From the sequence record OZ035778.1: a DNA stretch of 45,947 nt. One strand, given 5' to 3'. The DNA is from Vectrevirus NIC06P3. The notes below the pieces were generated by a model, which made no database searches, was not told the origin of the DNA, and saw only the letters and a program-made list of their open reading frames with translations. The position numbers and the translations under genes were made by a program. Shown here piece by piece: positions 35,363-45,798 of the stretch; positions within the stretch are counted from its first letter, which is position 1; every line of letters starts with the position of its first letter.

Positions 35363-37764
35363 TGGAAGTACAAGGTTCATTAGGTAGACAAATCCAAGGG
35401 ATTAGCCAGCAGCCGCCAGCGGTACGCTTGGATGGTCAGTGCACAGCTATGGTTAATATGATACCTGATGTAGTGAATGGCACTCAATCCCGCATGGGTA
35501 CAACTCATATTGCAAAGTTACTTGATGCGGGGACTGATGATATGGCCACACACCATTATCGCAGAGGTGATGGTGATGAAGAGTATTTCTTCACATTGAA
35601 GAAAGGACAAGTCCCTGAGATATTCGATAAGTATGGGCGCAAATGTAATGTGACCTCACAAGATGCACCTATGACTTATTTGGCTGAGGTGATAAACCCA
35701 AGAGAAGATGTGCAATTTATGACGATAGCTGATGTTACTTTCATGCTTAACCGCAGGAAGGTAGTTAAAGCTAGTAACAGAAAGTCACCCAAAGTTGGAA
35801 ACAAAGCCATTGTGTTTTGTGCATATGGTCAATACGGTACATCTTATTCCATTATAATTAATGGTGTCAACGCTGCTAGTTTTAAAACACCAGATGGTGG
35901 AAGCGCAGAGCAGGTTGAACAAATTCGAACGGAACATATCACTTCGGAATTGTACTCTAAGTTGCAGCAATGGAGTGGAGTTGGTGATTATGAAATACAA
36001 AGAGACGGTACAAGTATATTTATAGAAAGACGTGATGGTGCAAGTTTTACAGTAACAACCACCGATGGTGCAAAGGGGAAAGACTTAGTGGCTATCAAGA
36101 ATAAGGTCAGCTCTACCGACCTCCTTCCTTCTCGTGCACCTGAAGGTTATAAGGTGCAAGTATGGCCTACTGGAAGCAAACCCGAGTCTCGTTATTGGTT
36201 GGAAGCAGAGCCAAAAGAGGGTAACTTAGTATCTTGGCAAGAGACGGTTGCTGCTGACGTATTGCTTGGTTTTGATAAAGGCACTATGCCTTATATCATT
36301 GAGCGTACGGGCATTATCGATGGTATTGCTCAATTTAAGATTAGGCAAGGCGATTGGGAAGATCGCAAGGTAGGTGATGACCTCACTAACCCTATGCCGT
36401 CTTTCATTGATGAAGAAGTACCTCAGACAATTGGCGGGATGTTCATGGTGCAGAACCGTTTATGCTTTACAGCAGGTGAGGCAGTCATTGCATCTCGTAC
36501 TTCCTACTTCTTTGACTTCTTTCGTTACACAGTGATCTCAGCTTTAGCTACTGACCCGTTTGACATCTTCTCAGATGCGAGTGAAGTTTACCAATTGAAA
36601 CATGCAGTGACTTTAGACGGTGCTACTGTGCTGTTCTCTGATAAATCTCAATTTATCTTGCCTGGAGATAAGCCTCTGGAGAAATCTAATGCCTTACTCA
36701 AACCTGTAACTACATTTGAGGTGAACAACAAAGTTAAGCCAGTTGCCACTGGTGAATCCGTAATGTTCGCTACAAACGATGGAGCATACTCTGGTGTACG
36801 AGAGTTCTATACAGACTCTTATAGTGATACTAAGAAGGCACAGGCAATCACAAGCCATGTGAATAAACTCATCGAAGGTAACATTATTAACATGGCAGCA
36901 AGCACTAATGTCAACCGCCTGCTTGTCACCACTGATAAGTATCATAATATAATTTACTGCTATGATTGGTTATGGCAGGGAACAGAACGTGTTCAATCAG
37001 CTTGGCACGTGTGGAAGTGGCCTTTGGGTACAAAGGTGAGAGGTATGTTTTATTCTGGTGAATTACTTTACCTGCTTCTGGAGCGAGGCAATGGTGTATA
37101 TCTGGAGAAGATGGATATGGGAGATGCACTGACCTATGGTTTAAATGACCGTATCCGAATGGACAGGCAGGCAGAGTTAACCTTCAAGCATTTCAAAGCA
37201 GAAGATGAGTGGGTATCTGAACCACTCCCTTGGGTTCCTACTAACCCAGAACTCTTGGATTGCATCTTAATAGAAGGCTGGGATTCATATATTGGCGGCT
37301 CTTTCTTATTCAAGTACAACCCCGGTGATAACACCTTATCTACAACTTTTGATATGTATGATGATAACCACGTAAAAGCAAAGGTCATTGTTGGTCAGAT
37401 TTACCCTCAAGAGTTTGAACCTACACCTGTGGTTATCAGAGACAATCAAGACCGTGTATCCTATATTGATGTACCAGTTGTTGGATTGGTCCACCTTAAC
37501 CTCGACATGTACCCTGATTTCTCCGTAGAAGTTAAGAACATTAAGAGTGGTAAAGTACGTAGAGTGTTAGCATCAAACCGCATAGGTGGTGCTCTAAACA
37601 ATACGGTAGGTTATGTTGAACCAAGAGAAGGTGTCTTCAGATTTCCACTGAGAGCTAAGAGTACGGATGTTGTTTATAGTATTATTGTAGAGTCACCTCA
37701 CACATTCCAGCTTCGTGATATTGAGTGGGAAGGAAGCTACAATCCAACCAAAAGGAGGGTCTAA
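35362..37764 (+). CDS. tail tubular protein B (T7 gp12-like)
   Basis: About 800 aa; gene order after tail tube A. Confidence 0.8.
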   Translation: MEVQGSLGRQIQGISQQPPAVRLDGQCTAMVNMIPDVVNGTQSRMGTTHIAKLLDAGTDDMATHHYRRGDGDEEYFFTLKKGQVPEIFDKYGRKCNVTSQDAPMTYLAEVINPREDVQFMTIADVTFMLNRRKVVKASNRKSPKVGNKAIVFCAYGQYGTSYSIIINGVNAASFKTPDGGSAEQVEQIRTEHITSELYSKLQQWSGVGDYEIQRDGTSIFIERRDGASFTVTTTDGAKGKDLVAIKNKVSSTDLLPSRAPEGYKVQVWPTGSKPESRYWLEAEPKEGNLVSWQETVAADVLLGFDKGTMPYIIERTGIIDGIAQFKIRQGDWEDRKVGDDLTNPMPSFIDEEVPQTIGGMFMVQNRLCFTAGEAVIASRTSYFFDFFRYTVISALATDPFDIFSDASEVYQLKHAVTLDGATVLFSDKSQFILPGDKPLEKSNALLKPVTTFEVNNKVKPVATGESVMFATNDGAYSGVREFYTDSYSDTKKAQAITSHVNKLIEGNIINMAASTNVNRLLVTTDKYHNIIYCYDWLWQGTERVQSAWHVWKWPLGTKVRGMFYSGELLYLLLERGNGVYLEKMDMGDALTYGLNDRIRMDRQAELTFKHFKAEDEWVSEPLPWVPTNPELLDCILIEGWDSYIGGSFLFKYNPGDNTLSTTFDMYDDNHVKAKVIVGQIYPQEFEPTPVVIRDNQDRVSYIDVPVVGLVHLNLDMYPDFSVEVKNIKSGKVRRVLASNRIGGALNNTVGYVEPREGVFRFPLRAKSTDVVYSIIVESPHTFQLRDIEWEGSYNPTKRRV

Positions 37765-38492
37765 TGGCTATAGGTTCAGCCGTTATGTCTGGTATGTCCT
37801 CTCTGGGTAGTATGTTTGCAGGTAGCGGTGCAGCAGCCGCTGCAGGTGGTACTGCCGCCGCAGCAGGTGGTGGAGGTTTACTAGGTTCCGTGGGAAGTTT
37901 CCTAAGTGGTTCCACTGGTGGCTTCTCCAATACAGGCTTGCTTAGTGCAGGTATGCAAGGTCTTGGTCTTCTAGGTAATCTTTTTGGTGGAAGTGATGAA
38001 GCCAAAGCTATGAAGAAAGCTCAGGAGGAGCAATGGCGGCAGCAGTTAATTGCTACACAAGAGGCATACAAAACGGTAGCAGATGCAGAACGCTCTGCTG
38101 CTAAACAGTACCATGCAGACGCAATAAGCAATCAGGCTTCACTACTACAGCAGCGAGCACAGGTTGCATTACTTGCAGGTGCTACGGGAACTGGTGGTAA
38201 CTCTGTGTCTTCTATGCTGAATGATTTGGCAGCAGAGGGAGGGAGGAATCAGAGTACAATTATTGATAACTATGAGAATCAGAAGATTAATTTCACCAAC
38301 CAGCTTAAGTCCATTCAACGTGGTGGACAGATGCAGATGCGTGAGTTTAGGAAACCTTCTGCCGTAAGTACCTTGGTTCAAGGTATTCCAAGTCTTGCAT
38401 CTGCCTATGTAATGGGTAGCAAGTCTGGTACGGCATTAGGTAAAGCCTTAACTGATTCTCGTACATATTCATCTGGAACAAGAGGTATTTAA
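37764..38492 (+). CDS. internal virion protein (Gly/Ala-rich N-terminus)
   Basis: RBS AAAGGAGGG; first of three internal core genes by order. Confidence 0.6.
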   Translation: MAIGSAVMSGMSSLGSMFAGSGAAAAAGGTAAAAGGGGLLGSVGSFLSGSTGGFSNTGLLSAGMQGLGLLGNLFGGSDEAKAMKKAQEEQWRQQLIATQEAYKTVADAERSAAKQYHADAISNQASLLQQRAQVALLAGATGTGGNSVSSMLNDLAAEGGRNQSTIIDNYENQKINFTNQLKSIQRGGQMQMREFRKPSAVSTLVQGIPSLASAYVMGSKSGTALGKALTDSRTYSSGTRGI

Positions 38493-41440
38493 TGGCAATT
38501 GAGCGACAAGCAGTACAAGGTCTGCCACAAGTGCAGGCCACTTCTCCTAATGTCATGACCTTTGCACCTCAGCAAGTTGGAGGTGTGGAGACTGGCGTAG
38601 CTTCTACCTCCGGTAGTCGATTTATCGAAGACCTTATTCGAGCAGCCAGCAGTGTAGCTGATGTAACTACTGGTATCCTTAATCAAAAGATTGAGGAAGA
38701 TAAGGTTGTTCAAATGGAAAGGGCATATAATGGATTAATGCCTTCTGAGGATGCAACTCGTGGTGGCGCTCGTGCTAACATGCTTGTCAAAGCTCAACTG
38801 CTGGCTAATGATGAAGCAGCACGAATGAAAGACATGGCTACTCGTTTCCAAGGAACGGATGACGAGTGGACGCAACTCATGGTCGATTCTCGTAATGAGA
38901 TGCAGAATAAGCTGTTCCAGCAATACCCAGAGTTGCAAGGTGACAAAGATACAATGCGTATGGTCACTAACGTATTTCAGGAACAGCAGCCTCAGATTTG
39001 GGCCACACGTACCCAGCACAAACTGGACCGTGAACAGGCAGACCGTGAAGATACCTTTGACGGGCGAGTAGCTTCTACTTGGGACTCTAGTATTGACCCT
39101 GAAGCCTCTGGTTATGCTTTACAGGAACGAATCCGAGAAGGTCTGACGCAAGGTTTACTGCCTGAGCAGATGCACAAGAAGCTGGTAGAGCGAGCCATCT
39201 CGCTTGCTCAAGGCGGTGACATTAGTATGGCTGAAGCCTTGAAGTATGTGAAAGATGATAAAGGTGTTTCTGTCTATGCTAAGAACCCCCAGCTTATCAC
39301 AGCTATCACTAATGGTAATGCAGTTTGGGCTAGGAATAATGTTGCTGATGTAACGCGTATGTCTTTTGAAGTCAAAGAGTCTTACCTTGCAGGTGACTTG
39401 ACTGATGAAGAATTACTTGAGCGAGCACAGCACATTAATAGCCTGACAGGGAACTCTGTCTTCTCTAATCCAGAACTAGAAGCATTGATGCGCCAACGAG
39501 CTAAGCAGAATGCAGAGCTAGGTGCAATGCAGGATATGCGACGTGAACTTTACTCTGATCGTATGATTGGTCTTCAAGGTAAGTCGGATAAAGAAAAGAA
39601 AGCCTACGTTGATCTTATCAAACAAGATAGTCAACTCTACATAGACCAGCAAATCAAGCAGCGAGGAGTAGACCCTTACAGCCAAGAGGCCGAAGCTATA
39701 CGTGGTGCAGTAGAAGTACAGCGCCTGCAATTCATGAACTCCAAAGGTTTAGTGGATGATACCTTTGAATCTCGTATCAAGGCTATGGAATCCATGCTAT
39801 CACCTGAGCACTTTGCTAAAGGTGAACCACAGGAGTTAATGACCATTCGTCAGTTGTGGGAGCAGTTACCCGAAGAAAGTCGAGGTGTCTTTGGTGACAC
39901 TGTGAACAGCTATATGGATAACTACAATACTGCATTGCAAATGGGTGAAACACCTTTGCAGGCTGCAAGGTTTGCCCGTGAAGCACAGCAGAAATTCTCT
40001 CGTACCGAGAAAGAGACTAAGAAGTTCAACTCAGCTATTGGAGATGCATTGGATGAAGTATCTGGTGCTGGCTGGTTCGACGGTAAGACAGAAGTGTCTG
40101 ACTTAGGTAAAGCTATTGCAGAAGAAGAACTACGGGCTAAGGCCAATATGTTGTGGTCTAGCGGCATGCGTAACATGGATTCCATCAAGAAGGCTTTAAT
40201 TACTTGGGGCAACAAACGCTACACTCAATCAGAGGATGCAAAGACTTCCGGTGGCTATTTCATTAAAGGCGATTACACTTCTGCATCTGACATGCTTATG
40301 TCAGTTGGGAAAGGTGTAAACCCTACCGATGTACCTCTGGCACTTGGTAGGTATGTAGAAACACAGATGCCAGAATTGAAGAAGGAACTTCAAGAGTGGG
40401 AAACTAAAGATGATATATACATTGATTACAATGAACAGAAAGGTACTTTCGTGATTCGTGCTGGTGCAGCAGGTCGCCCTCTTTCTGGAGTAATCCCTGT
40501 AACCTCTTTAGATACCACTTCACTACTAGATTCTGCCTATCAGAAGAAAGTAGAGGAACGAGATAAAGGCGAGTACGTTCACCCGTATCGTACAGATATT
40601 GGTGCACAAGAGCCTATGCCAGCTAAACCAACTGCCAAAGATATTGGTAAATTTGGACTAGCTAACTTCCTCATGTCTTCTGCTTTTGCTTCTGGTGAGA
40701 ATCTACCTTCTAACTTCGAGATTAACTATCGAGGCAATATGCAACAATTCTATGACAAGCTAGCTATGGATGAGAATAAAGATAAAGTTGGCTTTAATAA
40801 GGCAACTGGAACCTTTACTCCATATAAAGACGCTCACGGTGAGTCTATCGGTTACGGTCATTTCTTAACAGAAGAAGAGAAGCGAAACGGGTATATTAAG
40901 ATTGGCGATGAACTAGTTCCCTATCGAGGGTCTATGTCTCAGCTTACAGAGAGTAAGGCTCGCGCTCTTATGGAGCAAGATGCCAAGAAGCATGTGCCCC
41001 CTACTCGTGACTGGAAGATTCCGTTTGAGCAGATGCACCCTGCACAGCAACGTGGTTTGATGGATTTAACCTACAACCTAGGTAAAGGTGGAATCCAAAA
41101 TGCACCACGTGCTCTTGCTGCATTCAAGGCGGGTAAACTTACTGAAGGCTTTATCGAAATGCTTGGTACTGCATCAAGTGAAGGTAAGCGTATTCCCGGC
41201 TTACTGAAGCGACGTGCTGAGGCTTACAACATGGCATCTGCTGGAGGTGTTCCTAAGATTACCGAAGTAGAAACTCGTGAGGATGGCTCTATGTGGGTTA
41301 AGTTTGGCGGTCCTATGCCAGCAGGCTCTGTCTCTGCGTGGACCCATAAGCGTATTGGTGCGGATGGCTGGTATCAAGTTTATGAGGCTGCACCTACCAA
41401 GTTAGCTAAAGGCTCTAAAGTAGGTAAAGTTAAGTTGTAG
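38492..41440 (+). CDS. internal virion protein with C-terminal T4-lysozyme-like (GH24) domain
   Basis: 982 aa; TFTPYKDAHGESIGYGHFLT and QRGLMDLTYNLGKGG parallel the T4 lysozyme YKDTEGYYTIGIGHLLT and INMVFQMGETG segments. Confidence 0.75.
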   Translation: MAIERQAVQGLPQVQATSPNVMTFAPQQVGGVETGVASTSGSRFIEDLIRAASSVADVTTGILNQKIEEDKVVQMERAYNGLMPSEDATRGGARANMLVKAQLLANDEAARMKDMATRFQGTDDEWTQLMVDSRNEMQNKLFQQYPELQGDKDTMRMVTNVFQEQQPQIWATRTQHKLDREQADREDTFDGRVASTWDSSIDPEASGYALQERIREGLTQGLLPEQMHKKLVERAISLAQGGDISMAEALKYVKDDKGVSVYAKNPQLITAITNGNAVWARNNVADVTRMSFEVKESYLAGDLTDEELLERAQHINSLTGNSVFSNPELEALMRQRAKQNAELGAMQDMRRELYSDRMIGLQGKSDKEKKAYVDLIKQDSQLYIDQQIKQRGVDPYSQEAEAIRGAVEVQRLQFMNSKGLVDDTFESRIKAMESMLSPEHFAKGEPQELMTIRQLWEQLPEESRGVFGDTVNSYMDNYNTALQMGETPLQAARFAREAQQKFSRTEKETKKFNSAIGDALDEVSGAGWFDGKTEVSDLGKAIAEEELRAKANMLWSSGMRNMDSIKKALITWGNKRYTQSEDAKTSGGYFIKGDYTSASDMLMSVGKGVNPTDVPLALGRYVETQMPELKKELQEWETKDDIYIDYNEQKGTFVIRAGAAGRPLSGVIPVTSLDTTSLLDSAYQKKVEERDKGEYVHPYRTDIGAQEPMPAKPTAKDIGKFGLANFLMSSAFASGENLPSNFEINYRGNMQQFYDKLAMDENKDKVGFNKATGTFTPYKDAHGESIGYGHFLTEEEKRNGYIKIGDELVPYRGSMSQLTESKARALMEQDAKKHVPPTRDWKIPFEQMHPAQQRGLMDLTYNLGKGGIQNAPRALAAFKAGKLTEGFIEMLGTASSEGKRIPGLLKRRAEAYNMASAGGVPKITEVETREDGSMWVKFGGPMPAGSVSAWTHKRIGADGWYQVYEAAPTKLAKGSKVGKVKL

Positions 41441-41457
41441 TACCTAACTCAAGGCTT

Positions 41458-41473
41458 GTCTCACATGTGAGAC
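41458..41473. promoter_or_regulatory. 16-bp palindrome GTCTCACATGTGAGAC, copy 6 (extended stem)
   Basis: Exact core with flanks GCTTGTCTCAC / GTGAGACAGGTC. Confidence 0.5.
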
Positions 41474-41504
41474 AGGTCTTTATGATAGGCACTATGGAGG
41501 AACT

Positions 41505-44500
41505 ATGGAACAAGATATTAAGACTAATTGGGCTGGATATGTCCAGTCTACTCCTGAGCCGTTTTCTATTGAGGCGGCTCCGGTATCGGCTCCTACGATA
41601 CGCCAGCGTAATGAGTTACAAGAGCAAGTTCTTGAAGCTAAAGCGGACGCGGATATCTTAGGGGCCGTAGGTGCTGCCTTCCAGAATGAGTGGTTGGCAT
41701 TCGGAGGTAAGAGGTGGTATGACCGTGCCACTGCTGATTTCCCACCTCAGCCTGACTTTGAAATCCAGCCAGATCGACGTGAAGCACTCCGCTTCAAATA
41801 TGGCACAGATATGATGCAGAAAATCACAGAAGGGGTCAGATCCGAGGATGAGCTAAACTTCCGTATTCAGAATGCAGATGATGACCTTGAGCGTAACAAA
41901 CGTATCGCTCAGGCAGGCTGGGTAGGATCTGTGGCAACGATTGGCGCTGCTGTGCTTGACCCTGTGGGATGGGTTGCCTCTATCCCAACTGGCGGTGCAG
42001 CTAAGGTTGGACTTGTAGGGCGTGCTGTACGTGGTGCTGTCGCTGCTGGTGTGAGTAATGCCGCTATTGAGTCCGTATTAGTCCAAGGCGACATGACCCG
42101 TGATTTAGATGACATTATGGTAGCACTAGGATCAGGTATGGCTATGGGTGGCGTCATTGGCGCTGTAGCGCGTGGTAGGGCCACTAAGCTCAGTGAGCAA
42201 GGGGATGACAGAGCGGCAAGCGTTGTGCGCAGTGCAGATGCAGGGGACCGCTATGTTCGTGCCGTTGCCGATGACAGCATCGGTGCGATGCGTGTTAAGG
42301 GCGCAGAGGTTCTCACTGAGGGTGCATTCGATATCTCCAGCAAAGGTGAAGATTTACTGAAAACCTTGCAGCGAGAAGGTAATGCGATTGATATGACACC
42401 TCGCCGCTGGGCTGGAACTATGTCTGCCCTTGGTACTGTCGTTCATTCGTCTCAGGATGCAAGTGTGCGTGGCCTAGGTGCTCGCCTGTTTGAGTCTCCG
42501 CAAGGCTTAGGTATGCAGAAGGCATCGGCTAGTCTCATGCAGAATACTAACTTGAATCGTCTGAAATCTGCGGATATGAACCGTTTCAATGATGGGTTCG
42601 ATTTATGGCTCAAAGAGAATAATATCAATCCGGTTGCAGGTCATACTAACTCTCACTATGTGCAGCAATATAATGAGAAGGTATGGGAAGCTGTACGCAT
42701 CGGTATGGATGAGTCTACGCCTAAGTCTATCCGTATGGCAGCAGAGGGGCAGCAAGCTATGTATCGTGAAGCATTAGCATTACGTCAACGCTCTGGTGAA
42801 GCTGGGTTTGAAAAGGTTAAAGCAGATGATAAGTACATGCCTGATATTTTTGACAGCATGAAGGCTCGTCGTCAATTCGGTATGCACGATAAAGAGGACA
42901 TCATTGAGCTATTCTCTCGTGCATACCAGAATGGTTCTCGTAAGGTTCCAAAGGAAGTGGCTGATGAGATTGCACGTGCACAAGTAAACCGTGTTGTGGA
43001 TGCCACTCTGACAGGACGTATGAGTTTCGAAAAGGCTATGTCTGGTCAAACTAAAGCAGAGTATGAAGCAATAATGCGCAAGGCAGGCTTCAGTGATGAA
43101 GAAATTGAAAAGATGGTAGAAGCTCTGGATAATAAAGAAACCAGAGATAATATCTCTAACCGAGCTAAGATGAGTTTAGGCTTAGATGTTACTCAAGAGT
43201 ACAAAGGCATTCGTATGCGTGATTTTATGAATACTAACGTGGAAGAGTTAACAGATAACTACATGAAGGAAGCGGCAGGTGGTGCTGCATTGGCTCGTCA
43301 AGGTTTCTCTACCTATCAGGCTGCACTTAATGCAATTGACCTTGTAGAGCGAAATGCACGAAATGCAGCTAAAGATACAAAAGCACACGCACAATTTGAA
43401 GCGGAGTCTGCTAAGATTCGTCAATCAGAGCCTGATTACAAGAAGGCACAAGAGCAGATTGAAGAGTTAAAGAAGCGACTTAAATTGAAAGAGAAAGATG
43501 AAGCAGCAGGTCTGGCTATTGATGAAGAAATACGTCAGATGCGAGAAGGGCTTCGCTTGATTATGGGTAAATCTATCGATGCAGACCCACAAGCCTTGTC
43601 TACTAAAATGCTGCGTCGTGGTCGTGACATCACAGGTGTACTTCGTTTAGGTCAGATGGGCTTCGCACAGCTAGGTGAACTTGCTAACTTCATGGGTGAG
43701 TTTGGTATTGCTGCAACCACTATAGCTTTAGGTAAGCAATTCCGCTTCACCTCTAAGGCTTTGCGTAATGGCGATGGCTTCTTCCGAGATAAGAACTTGG
43801 CAGAAGTAGAGCGAATGGTAGGCTACATTGGTGAGGATAACTGGTTAACAACCAAGGGTGCACGCCCCGATGAGTTTGGTGATGTAACCACAGTGCGAGG
43901 GATGATGGCTCACTTTGACCAATCCATGAACTCAATACGCCGTGCTCAGACAAACCTATCACTCTTCCGCATGGCTCAAGGTTCTCTGGAGCGAATGACT
44001 AATAGGCAAATAGCCCTATCTTTCATCGACCACCTTGAAGGTAAGAAGGTTATTCCTCAGAAGAAACTGGAGGAACTTGGTCTTACTCAAGAGTTCATGT
44101 CTAGTCTACAGAAGCACTACGATGCTAATTCTAAGGGTTCTGGTCTGCTTGGCTTCGATACCATGCCTTATGCAATGGGTGAGACTTTAGCTAATGCTAT
44201 CCGTCGTAAGTCTGGTTTAATCATTCAGCGTAACTTCATTGGTGATGAAGGTATCTGGATGAACAAAGCACTAGGTAAGACGTTTGCACAGCTTAAGTCA
44301 TTCTCTCTGGTATCTGGTGAGAAGCAATTCGGCCGAGGTATCCGGCATGATAAGATCGGTCTAGCTAAGAAGACAGCCTTTGGCTTTGCTTTGGGTTCAA
44401 TGGTGTATGCAGCGAAAGCCTATGTGAACTCTATCGGACGAGAAGACCAAGATGAATATCTGGAAGAGAAGTTATCGCCTAAAGGGTTAGCCTTTGGTGC

Positions 44501-44813
44501 AATGGGCATGATGAGTACAACTGCTGTATTTAGCCTAGGTGGAGATTTCTTAGGGGGCTTAGGTGTTTTACCTTCCGAACTCATTCAATCACGTTATGAA
44601 GCGGGTTTCCAAAGCAAAGGACTGATTGACCAGATACCGCTAGTTGGCGTTGGTGCAGATGCAGTTAATCTGGCTAACTCAATTAAGAAGTATGCAGAAG
44701 GTGACACAGAAGGCGTAGATATTGCTAGGCGAGCACTACGTCTTGTGCCACTTACCAATGTAATAGGTGTCCAGAACGCATTGCGTTATGGCTTAGATGA
44801 ACTGGAGGACTGA
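41505..44813 (+). CDS. large internal virion/core protein (T7 gp16-like)
   Basis: 1102 aa; last of three consecutive internal-protein genes before the tail-fibre adaptor. Confidence 0.7.
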   Translation: MEQDIKTNWAGYVQSTPEPFSIEAAPVSAPTIRQRNELQEQVLEAKADADILGAVGAAFQNEWLAFGGKRWYDRATADFPPQPDFEIQPDRREALRFKYGTDMMQKITEGVRSEDELNFRIQNADDDLERNKRIAQAGWVGSVATIGAAVLDPVGWVASIPTGGAAKVGLVGRAVRGAVAAGVSNAAIESVLVQGDMTRDLDDIMVALGSGMAMGGVIGAVARGRATKLSEQGDDRAASVVRSADAGDRYVRAVADDSIGAMRVKGAEVLTEGAFDISSKGEDLLKTLQREGNAIDMTPRRWAGTMSALGTVVHSSQDASVRGLGARLFESPQGLGMQKASASLMQNTNLNRLKSADMNRFNDGFDLWLKENNINPVAGHTNSHYVQQYNEKVWEAVRIGMDESTPKSIRMAAEGQQAMYREALALRQRSGEAGFEKVKADDKYMPDIFDSMKARRQFGMHDKEDIIELFSRAYQNGSRKVPKEVADEIARAQVNRVVDATLTGRMSFEKAMSGQTKAEYEAIMRKAGFSDEEIEKMVEALDNKETRDNISNRAKMSLGLDVTQEYKGIRMRDFMNTNVEELTDNYMKEAAGGAALARQGFSTYQAALNAIDLVERNARNAAKDTKAHAQFEAESAKIRQSEPDYKKAQEQIEELKKRLKLKEKDEAAGLAIDEEIRQMREGLRLIMGKSIDADPQALSTKMLRRGRDITGVLRLGQMGFAQLGELANFMGEFGIAATTIALGKQFRFTSKALRNGDGFFRDKNLAEVERMVGYIGEDNWLTTKGARPDEFGDVTTVRGMMAHFDQSMNSIRRAQTNLSLFRMAQGSLERMTNRQIALSFIDHLEGKKVIPQKKLEELGLTQEFMSSLQKHYDANSKGSGLLGFDTMPYAMGETLANAIRRKSGLIIQRNFIGDEGIWMNKALGKTFAQLKSFSLVSGEKQFGRGIRHDKIGLAKKTAFGFALGSMVYAAKAYVNSIGREDQDEYLEEKLSPKGLAFGAMGMMSTTAVFSLGGDFLGGLGVLPSELIQSRYEAGFQSKGLIDQIPLVGVGADAVNLANSIKKYAEGDTEGVDIARRALRLVPLTNVIGVQNALRYGLDELED

Positions 44814-45787
44814 TGGGTTATACTTTCACAGAACACACAGCCAACGGTACGCAAGTGACTTATCCTTTTAGGTTTGCTGGTAGGGATAAGGGTTATCTTC
44901 GTGCCTCAGATGTAAGAGTGGATACTCTTCAAGGGGAGACTTGGACCAAGGTCACATCTGGCTGGCAATTAACTGGTACAAACCAGATTACTTTTGATGT
45001 AGCACCAGCAGCAGGTTTGAGGATCCGTATTCGAAGGGAAGTGCCAAAAGAAAACCCATATGCAGAGTTTGACCGTGGTGTCACCCTTGATATGAAATCT
45101 TTGAATGGTTCCTTTATTCACAACCTAGAGGCAACCCAAGAGCTTCTAGATGGGTTTTACCCTGAAGGTTATTATATCAAGCAAAATGTATCATGGGGTG
45201 GTAATAAGATCACTGACCTTGCAGATGGCACAGCACCGAATGATGCAGTGAATAAAGGACAGATGGACGCCCTTGATAAGAAACACACAGACTGGAATAA
45301 GACGCAAGATGAGCAGATTGATGGTATCATTCGTAGCTTCGTCAGTAACATATCTCACCGTTCTGCACCTTGGACTTATTTAGCTGTGGGTGGTGAAGAT
45401 AAGGTAAAACCTCCTTTCGTCTTCCGAGCAGCACTAGTGTGGCGCGATGGTGTATATCAGGATGAGCAAGCTGGTGCTTTTGAAATTAGAGATAATACTA
45501 TATTTCTAGCTAAGCCTTTGCTTAGAAAAGGCGAGCGCGTGTCTGTTCTCCTTGGTTCTCGTGTAGCAGTACCAGACAAAGGTGAGGTTCTCCAGCTTGA
45601 GTTCAACACAGTGGCAGGCTATACGGAGATAAATCTAGGTATGCGTGTATCAGAGGTGTCTGTCTTTCTTGATGGGCTTCTCCAATCTCTAGGCTCTTAC
45701 GAACTTATAGATGACAATAAGTTGGTATTTAGTGAGCCACTACCAGATTGCACCGTGCTGGTTCAAGTTAAATCTGATACAAAGTAG
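44813..45787 (+). CDS. tail-fibre-like adaptor protein (homolog of the T7 gp17 N-terminal domain)
   Basis: TYPFRFAGRDKGYLRASDV and GNKITDLADGTAPNDAVNKGQMDAL parallel the T7 gp17 N-terminal segments; 324 aa with no long fibre shaft. Confidence 0.7.
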   Translation: MGYTFTEHTANGTQVTYPFRFAGRDKGYLRASDVRVDTLQGETWTKVTSGWQLTGTNQITFDVAPAAGLRIRIRREVPKENPYAEFDRGVTLDMKSLNGSFIHNLEATQELLDGFYPEGYYIKQNVSWGGNKITDLADGTAPNDAVNKGQMDALDKKHTDWNKTQDEQIDGIIRSFVSNISHRSAPWTYLAVGGEDKVKPPFVFRAALVWRDGVYQDEQAGAFEIRDNTIFLAKPLLRKGERVSVLLGSRVAVPDKGEVLQLEFNTVAGYTEINLGMRVSEVSVFLDGLLQSLGSYELIDDNKLVFSEPLPDCTVLVQVKSDTK

Positions 45788-45798
45788 GAGGTGTATTT

